The notes: generated by a model not told the origin, from the sequence alone. A DNA stretch of 64,000 nt from Nanobdellota archaeon (GCA_018815925.1 JAHIWS010000006.1:14286-78285); one strand, 5' to 3'. Shown: positions 1-9,262, counted from the first letter of the stretch. A program made the numbers and translations.

Positions 1-550
1 TATTTTCAGAAGCCATGATAATCTCTTCTGCAAGACTTTGAGTTATTGTTTTCTTTTTATTAAAAGCTTTGTCAGAAGCTCCATGAACAATATGTTTTAA
101 TGCTAAACCAATTCTTCTTAATGGGGAAACATCAACTGCTTGAGGATATCTTGCCCCTCCATATTCAATAACAGTTATTTCATCTCTGGGAGCAGAATTT
201 TCAATTGCTGTAACTAAAACTTGAATAGGGTTTTTCCCTGTTTTTTTCTCTATCATTCTAAATGCTTCCAAAACAATTTTCATATTTTTAGTATATTTTC
301 CAGTAGATTTTCCAAGAATGATTCTGTGTTTTTTACCTCTGTGTCCTGCAACAGAAAGTTTATTCATAAGCCTTTCAACAATATTTACTTTAGTCTGCCC
401 AAATTTTTGAACATTTCTTCCATAACTTTTTAGGATAAGTTTAGGTTCTAAATTTATAGATGCTTTTAAACCAGGATCTTTTACTTCAACTTCTGAAATA
501 TCATAAACATCAAATATTTTGAAGTTAGGAAGCATAGTTGTTTCACTCAT
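1..550 (-). CDS. rps7: 30S ribosomal protein S7 (uS7); C-terminus runs off the window edge
   Basis: Own translation of the minus strand from ATG at 550: MSETTMLPNFKIFDVYDISEVEVKDPGLKA...HRGKKHRIILGKSTGKY...EYGGARYPQAVDVSPLRRIGLALKHIVHGA, typical archaeal uS7. Missing from the ORF track because it has no stop inside the window. Lies downstream of uS12, as in the str operon. Confidence 0.9.
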   Translation of the reverse strand, partial: MSETTMLPNFKIFDVYDISEVEVKDPGLKASINLEPKLILKSYGRNVQKFGQTKVNIVERLMNKLSVAGHRGKKHRIILGKSTGKYTKNMKIVLEAFRMIEKKTGKNPIQVLVTAIENSAPRDEITVIEYGGARYPQAVDVSPLRRIGLALKHIVHGASDKAFNKKKTITQSLAEEIIMASEN

Positions 551-738
551 TTTTTCTTTTTTCCTTGAATATAGAATCTATTATTATTATTCATTTTAAC
601 CACATTTAAATTATAATTAATGTATTCTTTTTTATCTGGACATCTTTTCATAATTCCTTTTTCCATAGGAATAATAATTTCATCTGCTTCACTAAGAGTT
701 GAATTATTTATTGATAATATTTTTATTATTTTAGCCAT
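547..738 (-). CDS. hypothetical small protein (63 aa) wedged between uS12 and uS7
   Basis: ORF track 547..765; internal ATG at 738 gives MAKIIKILSINN.... Its TGA stop overlaps the uS7 ATG (ATGA overlap at 547-550), which suggests translational coupling. No recognisable family. Confidence 0.35.
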   Translation of the reverse strand: MAKIIKILSINNSTLSEADEIIIPMEKGIMKRCPDKKEYINYNLNVVKMNNNNRFYIQGKKKK

Positions 739-739
739 T

Positions 740-1069
740 TTATTCAATAACCTCCATATAGGCAACTTTATTGTCTTGGTTTATTTCAGGAAATATATTT
801 ATAACTTGTTTAAATCTTTCTATTGAATACCATTTATTTCTAATTTTAATTCCTCCTCTATGTCTTAGGTTCATCTTTGAAAGAAGGCCTTTTATTTTTC
901 CTTCTTTTTTATGATCTAATTCTAAATTTCCTGAATCGTTTTCAAAAAATCTTTTAGGAATATCTTCTGAATTATTTTGTGTATTATAAAATATATTTAT
1001 AAGGGATCCCTTTACCTCATATTGTTTATATAATTCTGCCATATCTTCATTACCTTCAGATGCTCCCAT
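740..1069 (-). CDS. hypothetical protein (109 aa) wedged between uS12 and uS7
   Basis: ORF track 740..1099. The ATG at 1069 (MGASEGNEDMAELYK...) lies 1 nt after the uS12 stop codon. No clear family. Confidence 0.4.
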   Translation of the reverse strand: MGASEGNEDMAELYKQYEVKGSLINIFYNTQNNSEDIPKRFFENDSGNLELDHKKEGKIKGLLSKMNLRHRGGIKIRNKWYSIERFKQVINIFPEINQDNKVAYMEVIE

Positions 1070-1070
1070 T

Positions 1071-1493
1071 TTATCTCCTACCTTTTTCAATCTTACCACT
1101 AACTAATCTAGCTAGAGGTTGATCATTTACTTGAATAACTTGAAATCTAACTCCAGGAATATCTCCTTTAGATCTTCCTTGTTTTCCACCTATTCTTTCA
1201 ATCATAACTTCGTCGTGCTCATCAATAAATTTTTGAGCTAAATTTCCAGGAATAAATGCAGTTACTTGTTTGCTGTTTTTTTTAAGCTGGACTCTGCAAC
1301 ATTTTCTCATAGCAGAGTTTGGTTGTTTAGCTTCTTTTTGAACTTTTTGTAACACAATTCCCTTTGCCTGATTAGCTCCTTCTAAAGGATCTGATTTAGC
1401 ATAAAGATTTAGGGTTTTCACTTTATAATGTCTATCTTTCCATCTAAATTTTTTCCTATTCTTCTTTAATTTTGTTGCACTTTTTAATCCCAT
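1071..1493 (-). CDS. rps12: 30S ribosomal protein S12 (uS12)
   Basis: [41 protein letters not shown]...[21 protein letters not shown] is the conserved archaeal uS12 core. Confidence 0.95.
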   Translation of the reverse strand: MGLKSATKLKKNRKKFRWKDRHYKVKTLNLYAKSDPLEGANQAKGIVLQKVQKEAKQPNSAMRKCCRVQLKKNSKQVTAFIPGNLAQKFIDEHDEVMIERIGGKQGRSKGDIPGVRFQVIQVNDQPLARLVSGKIEKGRR

Positions 1494-1549
1494 AGGTCTC
1501 TTAGAAAAAATTAGTTTTTAAACGTTTCTCATTTAAAAAAGAATGATAG

Positions 1550-1849
1550 TTATATCTTGATATTTTTATTAGCATATCCCAAAATCCTTCTTGAAAGTTC
1601 CAATCCTACTATTTTCCCTAAAAAATACCCAAAGTCATTGTAAAGTGCATAAGTTCCCATTTTAAACATTTCTATAAGATCACCTACAAGAGTTGCACCT
1701 AACATACATCTTGCTTTTTCTTTTAAATCTAGTTTTTCTAATGTTTCAGGTTTAAAATAATAATTAATGAAACACCCCTCAATAAAACCCGAAAAAGTTC
1801 CATCAACAAGATTTTCTATGTTGGTTTTTATTAAAAAATCTAGTTTCAT
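1550..1849 (-). CDS. hypothetical protein (99 aa)
   Basis: ORF only; no recognisable motif. Confidence 0.35.
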   Translation of the reverse strand: MKLDFLIKTNIENLVDGTFSGFIEGCFINYYFKPETLEKLDLKEKARCMLGATLVGDLIEMFKMGTYALYNDFGYFLGKIVGLELSRRILGYANKNIKI

Positions 1850-1928
1850 CTAAGATTTCATAGGCTATCCTTTAAAAAGTTCACTAAATCATTAAATTTA
1901 TTAAGCTGTTCTACTTTTCTAAAGAAAA

Positions 1929-2492
1929 ATGCAGGAAAAAAATAACATCCTTAGAATATTTCAAGAAACAAAACAAGCTCTAGGTAAAGAGGATATCATT
2001 AAATTAAAAGACCTTAGCAATCAAACAATTCATACAGCGTCTATAACTCAGGATCCAGATAATATTGTTATTGCAGTAATAATTTACACACTTTCAAAAA
2101 TAATTGAGAGGAAAGAAAATTATGGTACTAAACCAGGCTGGAATAGATTTTATAAGGGAGTTTTAGCTGAAATATCTAATTCTATAAATATTCTTAAAAA
2201 AGGGGATGATAAACATTTAAGAAGTAATTTACAAAGATTAAGAAAAAAAGTTGAAGGTGTTTCTGGACAGCTTAAGAAATATATAAAAGATGTATTTATA
2301 AAAGCAAGAATAAACAAAGCTTCTAGAATTTATGAACATGGTATTTCAATGGAAGCAACAGCTAGTTTGCTTGGAATAACAATGTTTGATCTTGCAAGTT
2401 ATGCAGGACAAACAGGGATTTCTGATGTTCCACTAGGACAGACAATGGATACTAAAACACGAATTAAAGTAGCTCTGGAGATGTTTGCATGA
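1929..2492 (+). CDS. hypothetical protein, possible C-terminal HTH
   Basis: 187-aa ORF. 4-nt ATGA overlap with the next ORF. The C-terminal ASRIYEHGISMEATASLLGITMFDLASY looks like a helix-turn-helix. Confidence 0.45.
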   Translation: MQEKNNILRIFQETKQALGKEDIIKLKDLSNQTIHTASITQDPDNIVIAVIIYTLSKIIERKENYGTKPGWNRFYKGVLAEISNSINILKKGDDKHLRSNLQRLRKKVEGVSGQLKKYIKDVFIKARINKASRIYEHGISMEATASLLGITMFDLASYAGQTGISDVPLGQTMDTKTRIKVALEMFA

Positions 2493-3241
2493 ATTTAAAA
2501 AAAGAATTAAAAACAAACAAACAAAAATCAGAGGTGTTAGATACTTCATCTACAGATAGTCAATGCAAAGCAATAATATTTGATGCAAGTACACTTATTA
2601 GTTTATCTATGAATGGTTTAATTAATGAATTAATAAAATTAAAATCAATTTTCAAAGGATATTTTATTGTTACAAGTGATGTTAAAAGAGAAATAATAGA
2701 CAAACCAATCACAATAAAAAGATTTGAGCTTGAGGCTTTAAGATTAAAGCAATTATTAGATGAAAAAATTCTTGAGATGCCTTCTGTATTAAATGTGGAT
2801 GAAAAAGAGCTTTCACAAAAAATGCAAGAGATAAAAAAAATATCTAATACAACATTTTATGGAAAAGATAAAAATCTTAATTTAATTCATTCAGGTGAAG
2901 CATCTTGTTTGGCTCTTAGTAAAATTTTGACTAATAAACAAATTAAAAATGTTGTTGCTGTTGATGAAAGAACAATGAGAATGTTTTGTGAAAAACCTCA
3001 AAATCTTAAAAAATTATTAGAAAAAAAATTACACACACAAATAAGTGTAAAGACTCAAAATTTTGAACATTTTAAAGGATTTAAATTAATAAGATCTGCT
3101 GAACTAGTTTATGTTGCTTATAAAAAAGGACTTGTAAATTTAAAAAATGAAATGGTTCTTGATGCCCTTTTATATGCTGTTAAGTTTAAAGGATGTTCAA
3201 TTTCTGGAACAGAAATTGATGAGATAAAGAGGATAAAATAG
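2489..3241 (+). CDS. hypothetical protein, PIN-like nuclease fold suspected
   Basis: Acidic residues spaced as in PIN domains: IIFDASTLI, VKREI, HSGEASCLALS, VAVDERTM. Weak call made by eye. Confidence 0.4.
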   Translation: MNLKKELKTNKQKSEVLDTSSTDSQCKAIIFDASTLISLSMNGLINELIKLKSIFKGYFIVTSDVKREIIDKPITIKRFELEALRLKQLLDEKILEMPSVLNVDEKELSQKMQEIKKISNTTFYGKDKNLNLIHSGEASCLALSKILTNKQIKNVVAVDERTMRMFCEKPQNLKKLLEKKLHTQISVKTQNFEHFKGFKLIRSAELVYVAYKKGLVNLKNEMVLDALLYAVKFKGCSISGTEIDEIKRIK

Positions 3242-3279
3242 ATAAAGTTAAAAAACCACTATTTCTTGTAAACCAATAC

Positions 3280-3350
3280 GGGTGCGTAGTTTAGTGGTAA
3301 AATAGGCGGCTCCAGCCCGCCAGCTGGGGGTTCGATTCCCTCCGCGCCCA
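3280..3350 (+). tRNA. tRNA-Trp (anticodon CCA), no intron
   Basis: Hand-folded cloverleaf: acceptor GGGTGCG/CGCGCCC, anticodon stem GGCGG/CCGCC with loop CTCCAGC, T arm GGGGG-TTCGATT-CCCTC, discriminator A. CCA is not encoded. Confidence 0.85.
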
Positions 3351-3422
3351 TCATAGATGGTGTGGTTTTTGTTAAAAATCTCCGTGCCCATAGCTTAGTT
3401 TAGGGGTGCAAGACCAACATTT

Positions 3423-3809
3423 TTATTTTCCATTTTTATTTTTTTCCTCAAAATTCTCTATGGCTTTTTTTAAAGCATCAATACCCAGAACAGAACAATG
3501 AACTTTAATTGGTGGCATTCCTTTGAGTTTTTTAATTATGTCTTTTTTTGTTAATTTTTTAGCTTGTTCTAGGGTTTTACCTCTTGCTAATTCACAAACA
3601 ACATCAGAGCTAGCAACTGCTGCAGGGCATCCAAAAGTGTGAAATCCAATATCTTTTATTTTATTTTCATCAACTTTGATTTGAAGATTCATAATATCTC
3701 CACATTTTATATTTCCAACCTCTCCAACTCCATCTGGATTTTTAATTTTCTTAACATATTTTGGGTTTCTAAACCTCTTTACAAGCTCTTTTGAATATCT
3801 TAGTGTCAT
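3423..3809 (-). CDS. iscU: Fe-S cluster scaffold protein IscU/NifU N-terminal type
   Basis: GNIKCGDIM...HTFGCPAAVASSD...VHCSVLG carries the three conserved Cys of IscU. Last gene of the cysteine desulfurase operon. Confidence 0.9.
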   Translation of the reverse strand: MTLRYSKELVKRFRNPKYVKKIKNPDGVGEVGNIKCGDIMNLQIKVDENKIKDIGFHTFGCPAAVASSDVVCELARGKTLEQAKKLTKKDIIKKLKGMPPIKVHCSVLGIDALKKAIENFEEKNKNGK

Positions 3810-4501
3810 TTTTTAACATCATATATTGATTGTATTCCAAACCATTTTTTATTTATGTTATGAGTATTTATTGTTGATTTTAGATTTAGATTAAAATTTA
3901 ATTTTCCTTTTTTAACTTCAATTACTTTTTTTCCATTACCTAACTTGATTATTTTAATAGGTTTGAAGGTTTTAATAAATTTTTCAAAATGAATTTGTTT
4001 AATTTTATCTTGTATTTTTAATAAAGGAAGAAACTCTTTAGAAATATTTGGATTTTCATGAAGGGTTATTCTTGCTATCCCTTTTTTTGATAAAATTCTT
4101 GTAACTTCTTCATAAAAATGAATTTTATCTTTGTAAAGATAAGTTGAGGTTTGACTATAAACTAAATCAATTGATCCTGATTTAAAAGGTAATTTTTTTC
4201 CAGCATCACCAAAAATTATTTTTGGAAGCTTTATCTTCTTTAAATCTTCTTTATTAATTATTTTTTCTTTTAATGCAAAATCAACCATTATTTTTTTATT
4301 TCCATGACTAGGTTTTAAATTCATTCCAATAATTTCAACTTTATTTCCAAATTTTTTAGTTAATTCCATCATTATCTTACCATAACCCGGACCTGATTCA
4401 AATATCTTGACTTTCTTTTTCTTTTTTAAAAGCATTGAAATTATTTTTTCTAGATCTCCTAGCTTCTTTTTTGCTTCTTTTAATCCCCTTGTTTTTGTCA
4501 T
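3806..4501 (-). CDS. class I SAM-dependent methyltransferase
   Basis: Motif I-like IFESGPGYGKIM, later IDLVYSQ. 4-nt overlaps with both neighbours. Confidence 0.65.
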   Translation of the reverse strand: MTKTRGLKEAKKKLGDLEKIISMLLKKKKKVKIFESGPGYGKIMMELTKKFGNKVEIIGMNLKPSHGNKKIMVDFALKEKIINKEDLKKIKLPKIIFGDAGKKLPFKSGSIDLVYSQTSTYLYKDKIHFYEEVTRILSKKGIARITLHENPNISKEFLPLLKIQDKIKQIHFEKFIKTFKPIKIIKLGNGKKVIEVKKGKLNFNLNLKSTINTHNINKKWFGIQSIYDVKK

Positions 4502-4701
4502 ATTTTATTCAACCTCTCTACAATTTCATCAATATCTTTTTTATTCATTCCATGAGCTTTGCAGCCTTGTTCAAGTGTTTCTTGTGCTGCTGCAGGACAC
4601 CCAACACAGTAAAGACCTACTTCAAATAAAATCTCAGAAACTTTAGGGTTCATGCTAAGTAGCTCACTGAGTTTTGTTTTTTCTGTTATTTTCTTTTTCA
4701 T
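4498..4701 (-). CDS. DUF1858-type small redox/disulfide protein (hybrid-cluster-associated family)
   Basis: 67 aa, LSMNPKVSEILFEVGLYCVGCPAAAQETLEQGCKAHG resembles the CxxC-containing DUF1858 family. Confidence 0.6.
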   Translation of the reverse strand: MKKKITEKTKLSELLSMNPKVSEILFEVGLYCVGCPAAAQETLEQGCKAHGMNKKDIDEIVERLNKI

Positions 4702-4826
4702 TTTCTAATTATCTTCATAAAATTCTTTTTCTGAATCTTCTAAATTTATGTTAGATTCATCAAATTCTTCTTCACATTCAGATTCATTCTTGAACTCACA
4801 TGCATGTTGTTTAAATTTATCTTTCA

Positions 4827-5489
4827 TTATGATTCCTTCTCCATAAAAATATAATTCCAGATATTGTTTCCTCCAACACCTGGTTTTTCACACACTTTAC
4901 TTTCAATTATTTTGAAATGAGGGTCAAATAATTCTTTAAGTTCATCTAAGGAGGAAAAATACAATGTTGCTCCTACTGGTCTTGTTACACCTTCAGGTCT
5001 TTTTTGTTTTCCAATAACTTCTTTAGATTTTTTCCCTTTACCAGATTTTCTATCTTTAACATTAAATGAAATAGAGAGATACTTTCCATTTTTGTTTAAT
5101 AATTTATTTATTTCTTTAACATATTTTTTTCTTCTTTCATGTGAAATATGATGCAATATAGCCCATTCAAGTATAAAATTAAATTTTTCATTTATTTTAT
5201 TTAAATCTTCAACATTTGTTGCTATGAATTTTATTTTAACTCCTGCTTTTTCTGCATTTTGTTTTGCAAGATTTATTGCATTTTCTGATATATCAATTCC
5301 AGTAACTTCAAATCCTTGTTTTGTCAAATAAATAGCATAAAACCCTTCTCCACACACAACATCTAAAACTTTACAAGGTTTAATCTTTTTTGTTTCTATT
5401 AATTCTACTAGTTCCTCTGGAGGAGTAGTTGAAGTCCAAACTGCAGGGGGGTTTTTATAAACTTTTTCTAAAGCTTTTTTGTCATCCAT
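4827..5489 (-). CDS. class I SAM-dependent methyltransferase
   Basis: VLDVVCGEGFYAIYLTKQGFEVTGIDISENAINLAKQNA is SAM-binding motif I plus post-I. 8-nt overlap with the cysteine desulfurase gene. Confidence 0.8.
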   Translation of the reverse strand: MDDKKALEKVYKNPPAVWTSTTPPEELVELIETKKIKPCKVLDVVCGEGFYAIYLTKQGFEVTGIDISENAINLAKQNAEKAGVKIKFIATNVEDLNKINEKFNFILEWAILHHISHERRKKYVKEINKLLNKNGKYLSISFNVKDRKSGKGKKSKEVIGKQKRPEGVTRPVGATLYFSSLDELKELFDPHFKIIESKVCEKPGVGGNNIWNYIFMEKES

Positions 5490-6636
5490 TTTTATTAACC
5501 AAAGGACTTATTTTCCGAAGTTTTTCAACTATTCTTGGGATTTCTTTTAAAAAATAATCAACTTCCTCTTCTGTTGTAAATTTACTTATACTTATTCTTA
5601 GTGAACTATTAGATTGTACTGGGCTTGTTCCAATTGCTTTTAAAACATGACTTGATTCTAAAGAGTGAGACATACAAGCAGAACCTGTTGAAGTATAAAT
5701 GCCTAACTCTTCTAAATAACCTCCAATTGCTTCACCTTCAATATTATTAAATGAAATATTAATATTATTACACAACCTATTTCCTCTAGGTCCGTTAAGA
5801 GTTATATTGGAAACTTCTAATAATCCTTCTATTAATTTATCTCTGAGTTTTTCCATATTTTTTACATCTTTATTATTGGCAATATCAACTGCTTTTGCAA
5901 AACCAACAATTCCAGAAATATTTTCTGTTCCACTTCTTAACCCTGATTCATGTCCTCCTCCATGAGCTAGAGGAATTATTTTAATTCCTTGTTTTATATA
6001 AAGAGCTCCTACACCTTTTGGTCCATGAATTTTATGTGAATTTAGACTAACTAAATCTAAATTTTGTTTTTTAACATCTAAAAAAGTTTTAGTAAAACTT
6101 TGACAAGAATCTGTATGAAATAAAACTTTTTTCTCTTTACAGATTTTTCCAATTTCCTCAAGATTTTGAATTGTACCTATTTCATTATTTCCATGAATAA
6201 TTGAAACAAGAAATGTTTTATCTGTAATGGTTTTTTCTAATTCTTGTAGATTAATAAATCCCTCTTTATCTAAATCTAAATAAGTGACTTTTGCTCCTTT
6301 TTTTTCAAGCCATTTACAAACATTTAAGATAGAATCATGTTCAATTTTTGTAGTAATAATATGATCTTTTTCAGGATAATTTGAAAAAAACAATCCCTTA
6401 AGTGCAAGATTATTTGACTCTGTGCCTCCTGATGTAAAAAATATTTCTTCTCTATTAGCCCCTATTGCTTTTGCAATTTGTTTTCTGGATTTTCCAAGAG
6501 CAAAATTTGCTTCTTCTCCTATTAAATGTTGAGATGATGCATTTCCATATTTTTCATCAAAATAAGGAAGCATAGCTTCCAAAACTCTTCCATCTACTTT
6601 TGTTGTTGATGCATTATCAAAATATATTTTTTTCAT
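5482..6636 (-). CDS. iscS: cysteine desulfurase (NifS/IscS family, PLP-dependent)
   Basis: FTSGGTESNN, HTDSCQS, SLNSHKIHGPKGVGALY (PLP lysine) and the active-site SGSACMS segment. Confidence 0.92.
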   Translation of the reverse strand: MKKIYFDNASTTKVDGRVLEAMLPYFDEKYGNASSQHLIGEEANFALGKSRKQIAKAIGANREEIFFTSGGTESNNLALKGLFFSNYPEKDHIITTKIEHDSILNVCKWLEKKGAKVTYLDLDKEGFINLQELEKTITDKTFLVSIIHGNNEIGTIQNLEEIGKICKEKKVLFHTDSCQSFTKTFLDVKKQNLDLVSLNSHKIHGPKGVGALYIKQGIKIIPLAHGGGHESGLRSGTENISGIVGFAKAVDIANNKDVKNMEKLRDKLIEGLLEVSNITLNGPRGNRLCNNINISFNNIEGEAIGGYLEELGIYTSTGSACMSHSLESSHVLKAIGTSPVQSNSSLRISISKFTTEEEVDYFLKEIPRIVEKLRKISPLVNKNG

Positions 6637-6642
6637 CTTCTT

Positions 6643-6951
6643 TTATTTTTTATTTGGACAAAATTTACACCTATGTTTATCTATTAAATTAAGCATAGGT
6701 AGGATTGTAGACTTGTTTAAAAAATAAATCCTATGTTTGCCTTTTTGTTTGGCATTAACTATGCTGCAATTTTTTAAATTAGTAAGAGCATGAGAAAGTT
6801 TACTTTGTTCTATTTTAAGTTTTTTTGATAATTCACCTACAGAAGCTGGGGCTTCTTTTAAACTAGATATGATCGATATCTTTACAGGATTTGCTAAATT
6901 TCTAAAAAACAGGTGATAAGACCTAGGACTACATTTGACATTATTTTTCAT
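6643..6951 (-). CDS. ArsR/SmtB-family HTH transcriptional regulator
   Basis: 102 aa. FRNLANPVKISIISSLKEAPASVGELSKKLKIEQSKLSHALTNL is the ArsR winged-helix pattern. First gene of the Fe-S operon. Confidence 0.75.
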   Translation of the reverse strand: MKNNVKCSPRSYHLFFRNLANPVKISIISSLKEAPASVGELSKKLKIEQSKLSHALTNLKNCSIVNAKQKGKHRIYFLNKSTILPMLNLIDKHRCKFCPNKK

Positions 6952-7041
6952 ATGAAATATATTTCATATGTCTTTATAAATCTTGTGTATCATTGATAAT
7001 TCAATAAAAAATTAAAAAGTGAATAAAAAATTAAAAAAGAA

Positions 7042-7779
7042 TTATTTAAGTTTAAAAATTGCTGTTACTCTTGCTGAAATTTGTTGTTCTCCTGGTTGAA
7101 TTTCTGTTGTAGCTTCTTTAGCAACTGCCATATCTTCTGCTCCTGAAACTGCTCCATAAACTTGCCATGGTCTATATCCAAAATTACTATCAGATACAGA
7201 AATTAATTTTCCAAGTTCTTTACCAAGGCCTGCTGCTAAGGATTCTGCCTTTATTCTAGCATCTTGTGCTGCGAGTTCTATTGCTTCTGCTTTGTACTCA
7301 TTTTCTTTTTCTTGACTAAGCTCAAAGTTAATATAACTTATTCCTGCTCCAGCATCAACACCAGTATCTATTGCCTCTCCAATTTTATTAGATTCATCAG
7401 TAGACATTTTAACAACAATTGAATGTGTTGCCCGATACCCATATAATTCCCTATTTCCATTTCTCCAGTCATATTCAGGATATATATTAAAATTTTGAGT
7501 TTGGATGTCTTTTCTTTCAAAACCCTCTCTAACTAAAGCAACAATTAATTCATCAACTATTTCTGCATTAGCATCCTTTGCCTCTTGACTTGTATCACCT
7601 TCTGTTTCTACATTAAAATACACTTTAACTAAATCAGGAATAACCTCTACTATGGCTTCTCCATTACCTGTTACAGTATTTGATAAAGGAATAAGTGAAG
7701 AAAACGCCGTATATCCTATTGTTGCTAAAACAACAATTCCTAACACAATTATTAGTGTTATTTGAACTGCTTTATCCAT
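7042..7779 (-). CDS. SIMPL/DUF541 domain protein with N-terminal membrane anchor
   Basis: N-terminal TM helix, then VTGNGEAIVEVIPDLVKVYFNVETEG...AKDANAEIVDELI...IQTQNFNIYPEY, typical of SIMPL (26-kDa periplasmic immunogenic protein) family proteins. Confidence 0.7.
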   Translation of the reverse strand: MDKAVQITLIIVLGIVVLATIGYTAFSSLIPLSNTVTGNGEAIVEVIPDLVKVYFNVETEGDTSQEAKDANAEIVDELIVALVREGFERKDIQTQNFNIYPEYDWRNGNRELYGYRATHSIVVKMSTDESNKIGEAIDTGVDAGAGISYINFELSQEKENEYKAEAIELAAQDARIKAESLAAGLGKELGKLISVSDSNFGYRPWQVYGAVSGAEDMAVAKEATTEIQPGEQQISARVTAIFKLK

Positions 7780-8385
7780 TTATTTTCGACCCCCTTTCAT
7801 TTTTATTATTTTTTTAACTATGAAAAGAATTATTAATCCAACTAAAATTCCTCCTAGGACCCAGATCCAAATAGATGATTGGTTCATTACTTCAGGTATT
7901 ATAATTTTTGTAAATTCCTGTGCATCATTTGAAGCAACACTAATTGCAGGAAGTGCTTCAGTACTTGTTCCAATAAGTTGTTTAGTGGCTTCTTGACTTG
8001 CTAAATAAAACTTTCTTACCATTAAACCTCCAATACCAGATAAAAGTGCTACTGGAAGAAGATTTGTGATACTATTTATTATTCTTAATTTAGGCGAAAT
8101 AATTATTGATTTGTTTGAGACTTTATACATTGGAATTTTCTTTCCTTTTTTACTCCAAAAAAAGTTTTTAGTTTTTTCAATTAAATTTGATTTGAGGAGT
8201 TTTTTAAGATTATATTCTACTGTGTTTAAAGGAATTTTTAAAGAATCAGCAATATCTTTTTCACTAGCTTCTTTAGTTTCAGAAAGAAAATCTAGTATTT
8301 TTTTACATTTCTTGTTTCCTAAGACTGTTGATAAATTCCTAATATTTTCATCATCCATTGAAAACATAACATACTTTTTTGCCAT
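7780..8385 (-). CDS. membrane-anchored ArsR-like HTH protein
   Basis: N-terminal winged-helix-like segment (KKILDFLSETKEASEKDIADSLKIPLNTVEYNLKKL) and C-terminal TM helices. Confidence 0.5.
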   Translation of the reverse strand: MAKKYVMFSMDDENIRNLSTVLGNKKCKKILDFLSETKEASEKDIADSLKIPLNTVEYNLKKLLKSNLIEKTKNFFWSKKGKKIPMYKVSNKSIIISPKLRIINSITNLLPVALLSGIGGLMVRKFYLASQEATKQLIGTSTEALPAISVASNDAQEFTKIIIPEVMNQSSIWIWVLGGILVGLIILFIVKKIIKMKGGRK

Positions 8386-8455
8386 GTTTTTCTTAAGAAA
8401 AAGTTATTTATAAATAAACCGAAGACTTCAAAAAGCTTCGAAGTTATGATAAATT

Positions 8456-9262
8456 ATGAACCTAAAAACCCAAATTTCAAACACAATCAAGAAATATAAA
8501 ATATGTAATAAACATGAAAAAGTGCTGGTTGCACTTAGTGGAGGAAAAGATTCAACAGTTTGTGCTTATATGTTGCACAAATTAGGGTATAATCTTGAAG
8601 GATTTCATATTAATCTTGGTTTAGGAGCATATAGTGAAAGGTGTGAGAAATCAACTAAGGAATTATGCACTCAATTAGAAATTAAACTTTATGTTTATGA
8701 TTTTACAAAAAAACATGGATCAAGTATGTGTTATTTAAGAACTACTATACAAAGCAAAAAAGCATTAAAAAATTGTGCAATTTGCGGAGTAATTAAAAAA
8801 TATATTATTAATAAAGAAGCTAGAATATTAAAAGCAGATAAAATTGCTACTGGACATCATTTAGATGATGAAGCTCAGACATTTTTTCTTAATATTTTAA
8901 AAGGAGCTCCTGAACTCAGTGCAAGCACAGGACCCTTAACAAGAAACATAAGTGATAAAAAATTTATCCCAAGAATAAAACCTTTGTTTTTTTGTTTTGA
9001 AGAAGATATTAAAAACTTTGCAAAACAAAAAAAACTTCCTGTGGTTTATGAACCCTGTCCATGTGCTTTAGATTCTTATAGATTGCAGGTCAGAAATTTT
9101 TTTAAGACACTTTCAACTAAAGAAAAGAAAAACATAATTAATAATTTTGATAAAATAAAAGATAAAATAAAAAAACAATCTGGAAAAATGAATTACTGCA
9201 AAATTTGCGGAGAACCTACAAGGAAAAAAATTTGTAAAAGATGCGAATTAATTAAAAATTAA
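8456..9262 (+). CDS. PP-loop ATPase, tRNA 2-thiolation family (TtuA/NcsA/TtcA-like)
   Basis: SGGKDS PP-loop (ALSGGKDSTVCAYML), TGHHLDDEAQTF, plus Cys pairs CAICG and C-terminal CKICG...CKRC. Confidence 0.8.
   Translation: MNLKTQISNTIKKYKICNKHEKVLVALSGGKDSTVCAYMLHKLGYNLEGFHINLGLGAYSERCEKSTKELCTQLEIKLYVYDFTKKHGSSMCYLRTTIQSKKALKNCAICGVIKKYIINKEARILKADKIATGHHLDDEAQTFFLNILKGAPELSASTGPLTRNISDKKFIPRIKPLFFCFEEDIKNFAKQKKLPVVYEPCPCALDSYRLQVRNFFKTLSTKEKKNIINNFDKIKDKIKKQSGKMNYCKICGEPTRKKICKRCELIKN

Noticed and set aside
3381-3420. A seventh tRNA gene downstream of tRNA-Trp
   Set aside because: Only an acceptor- and D-arm-like fragment is present. No anticodon or T arm can be folded, and it runs toward the 3' end of the iscU gene (stop at 3423).
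8066-8413. 115-aa plus-strand ORF
   Set aside because: It is antisense to the HTH membrane protein gene, with no independent start signals.
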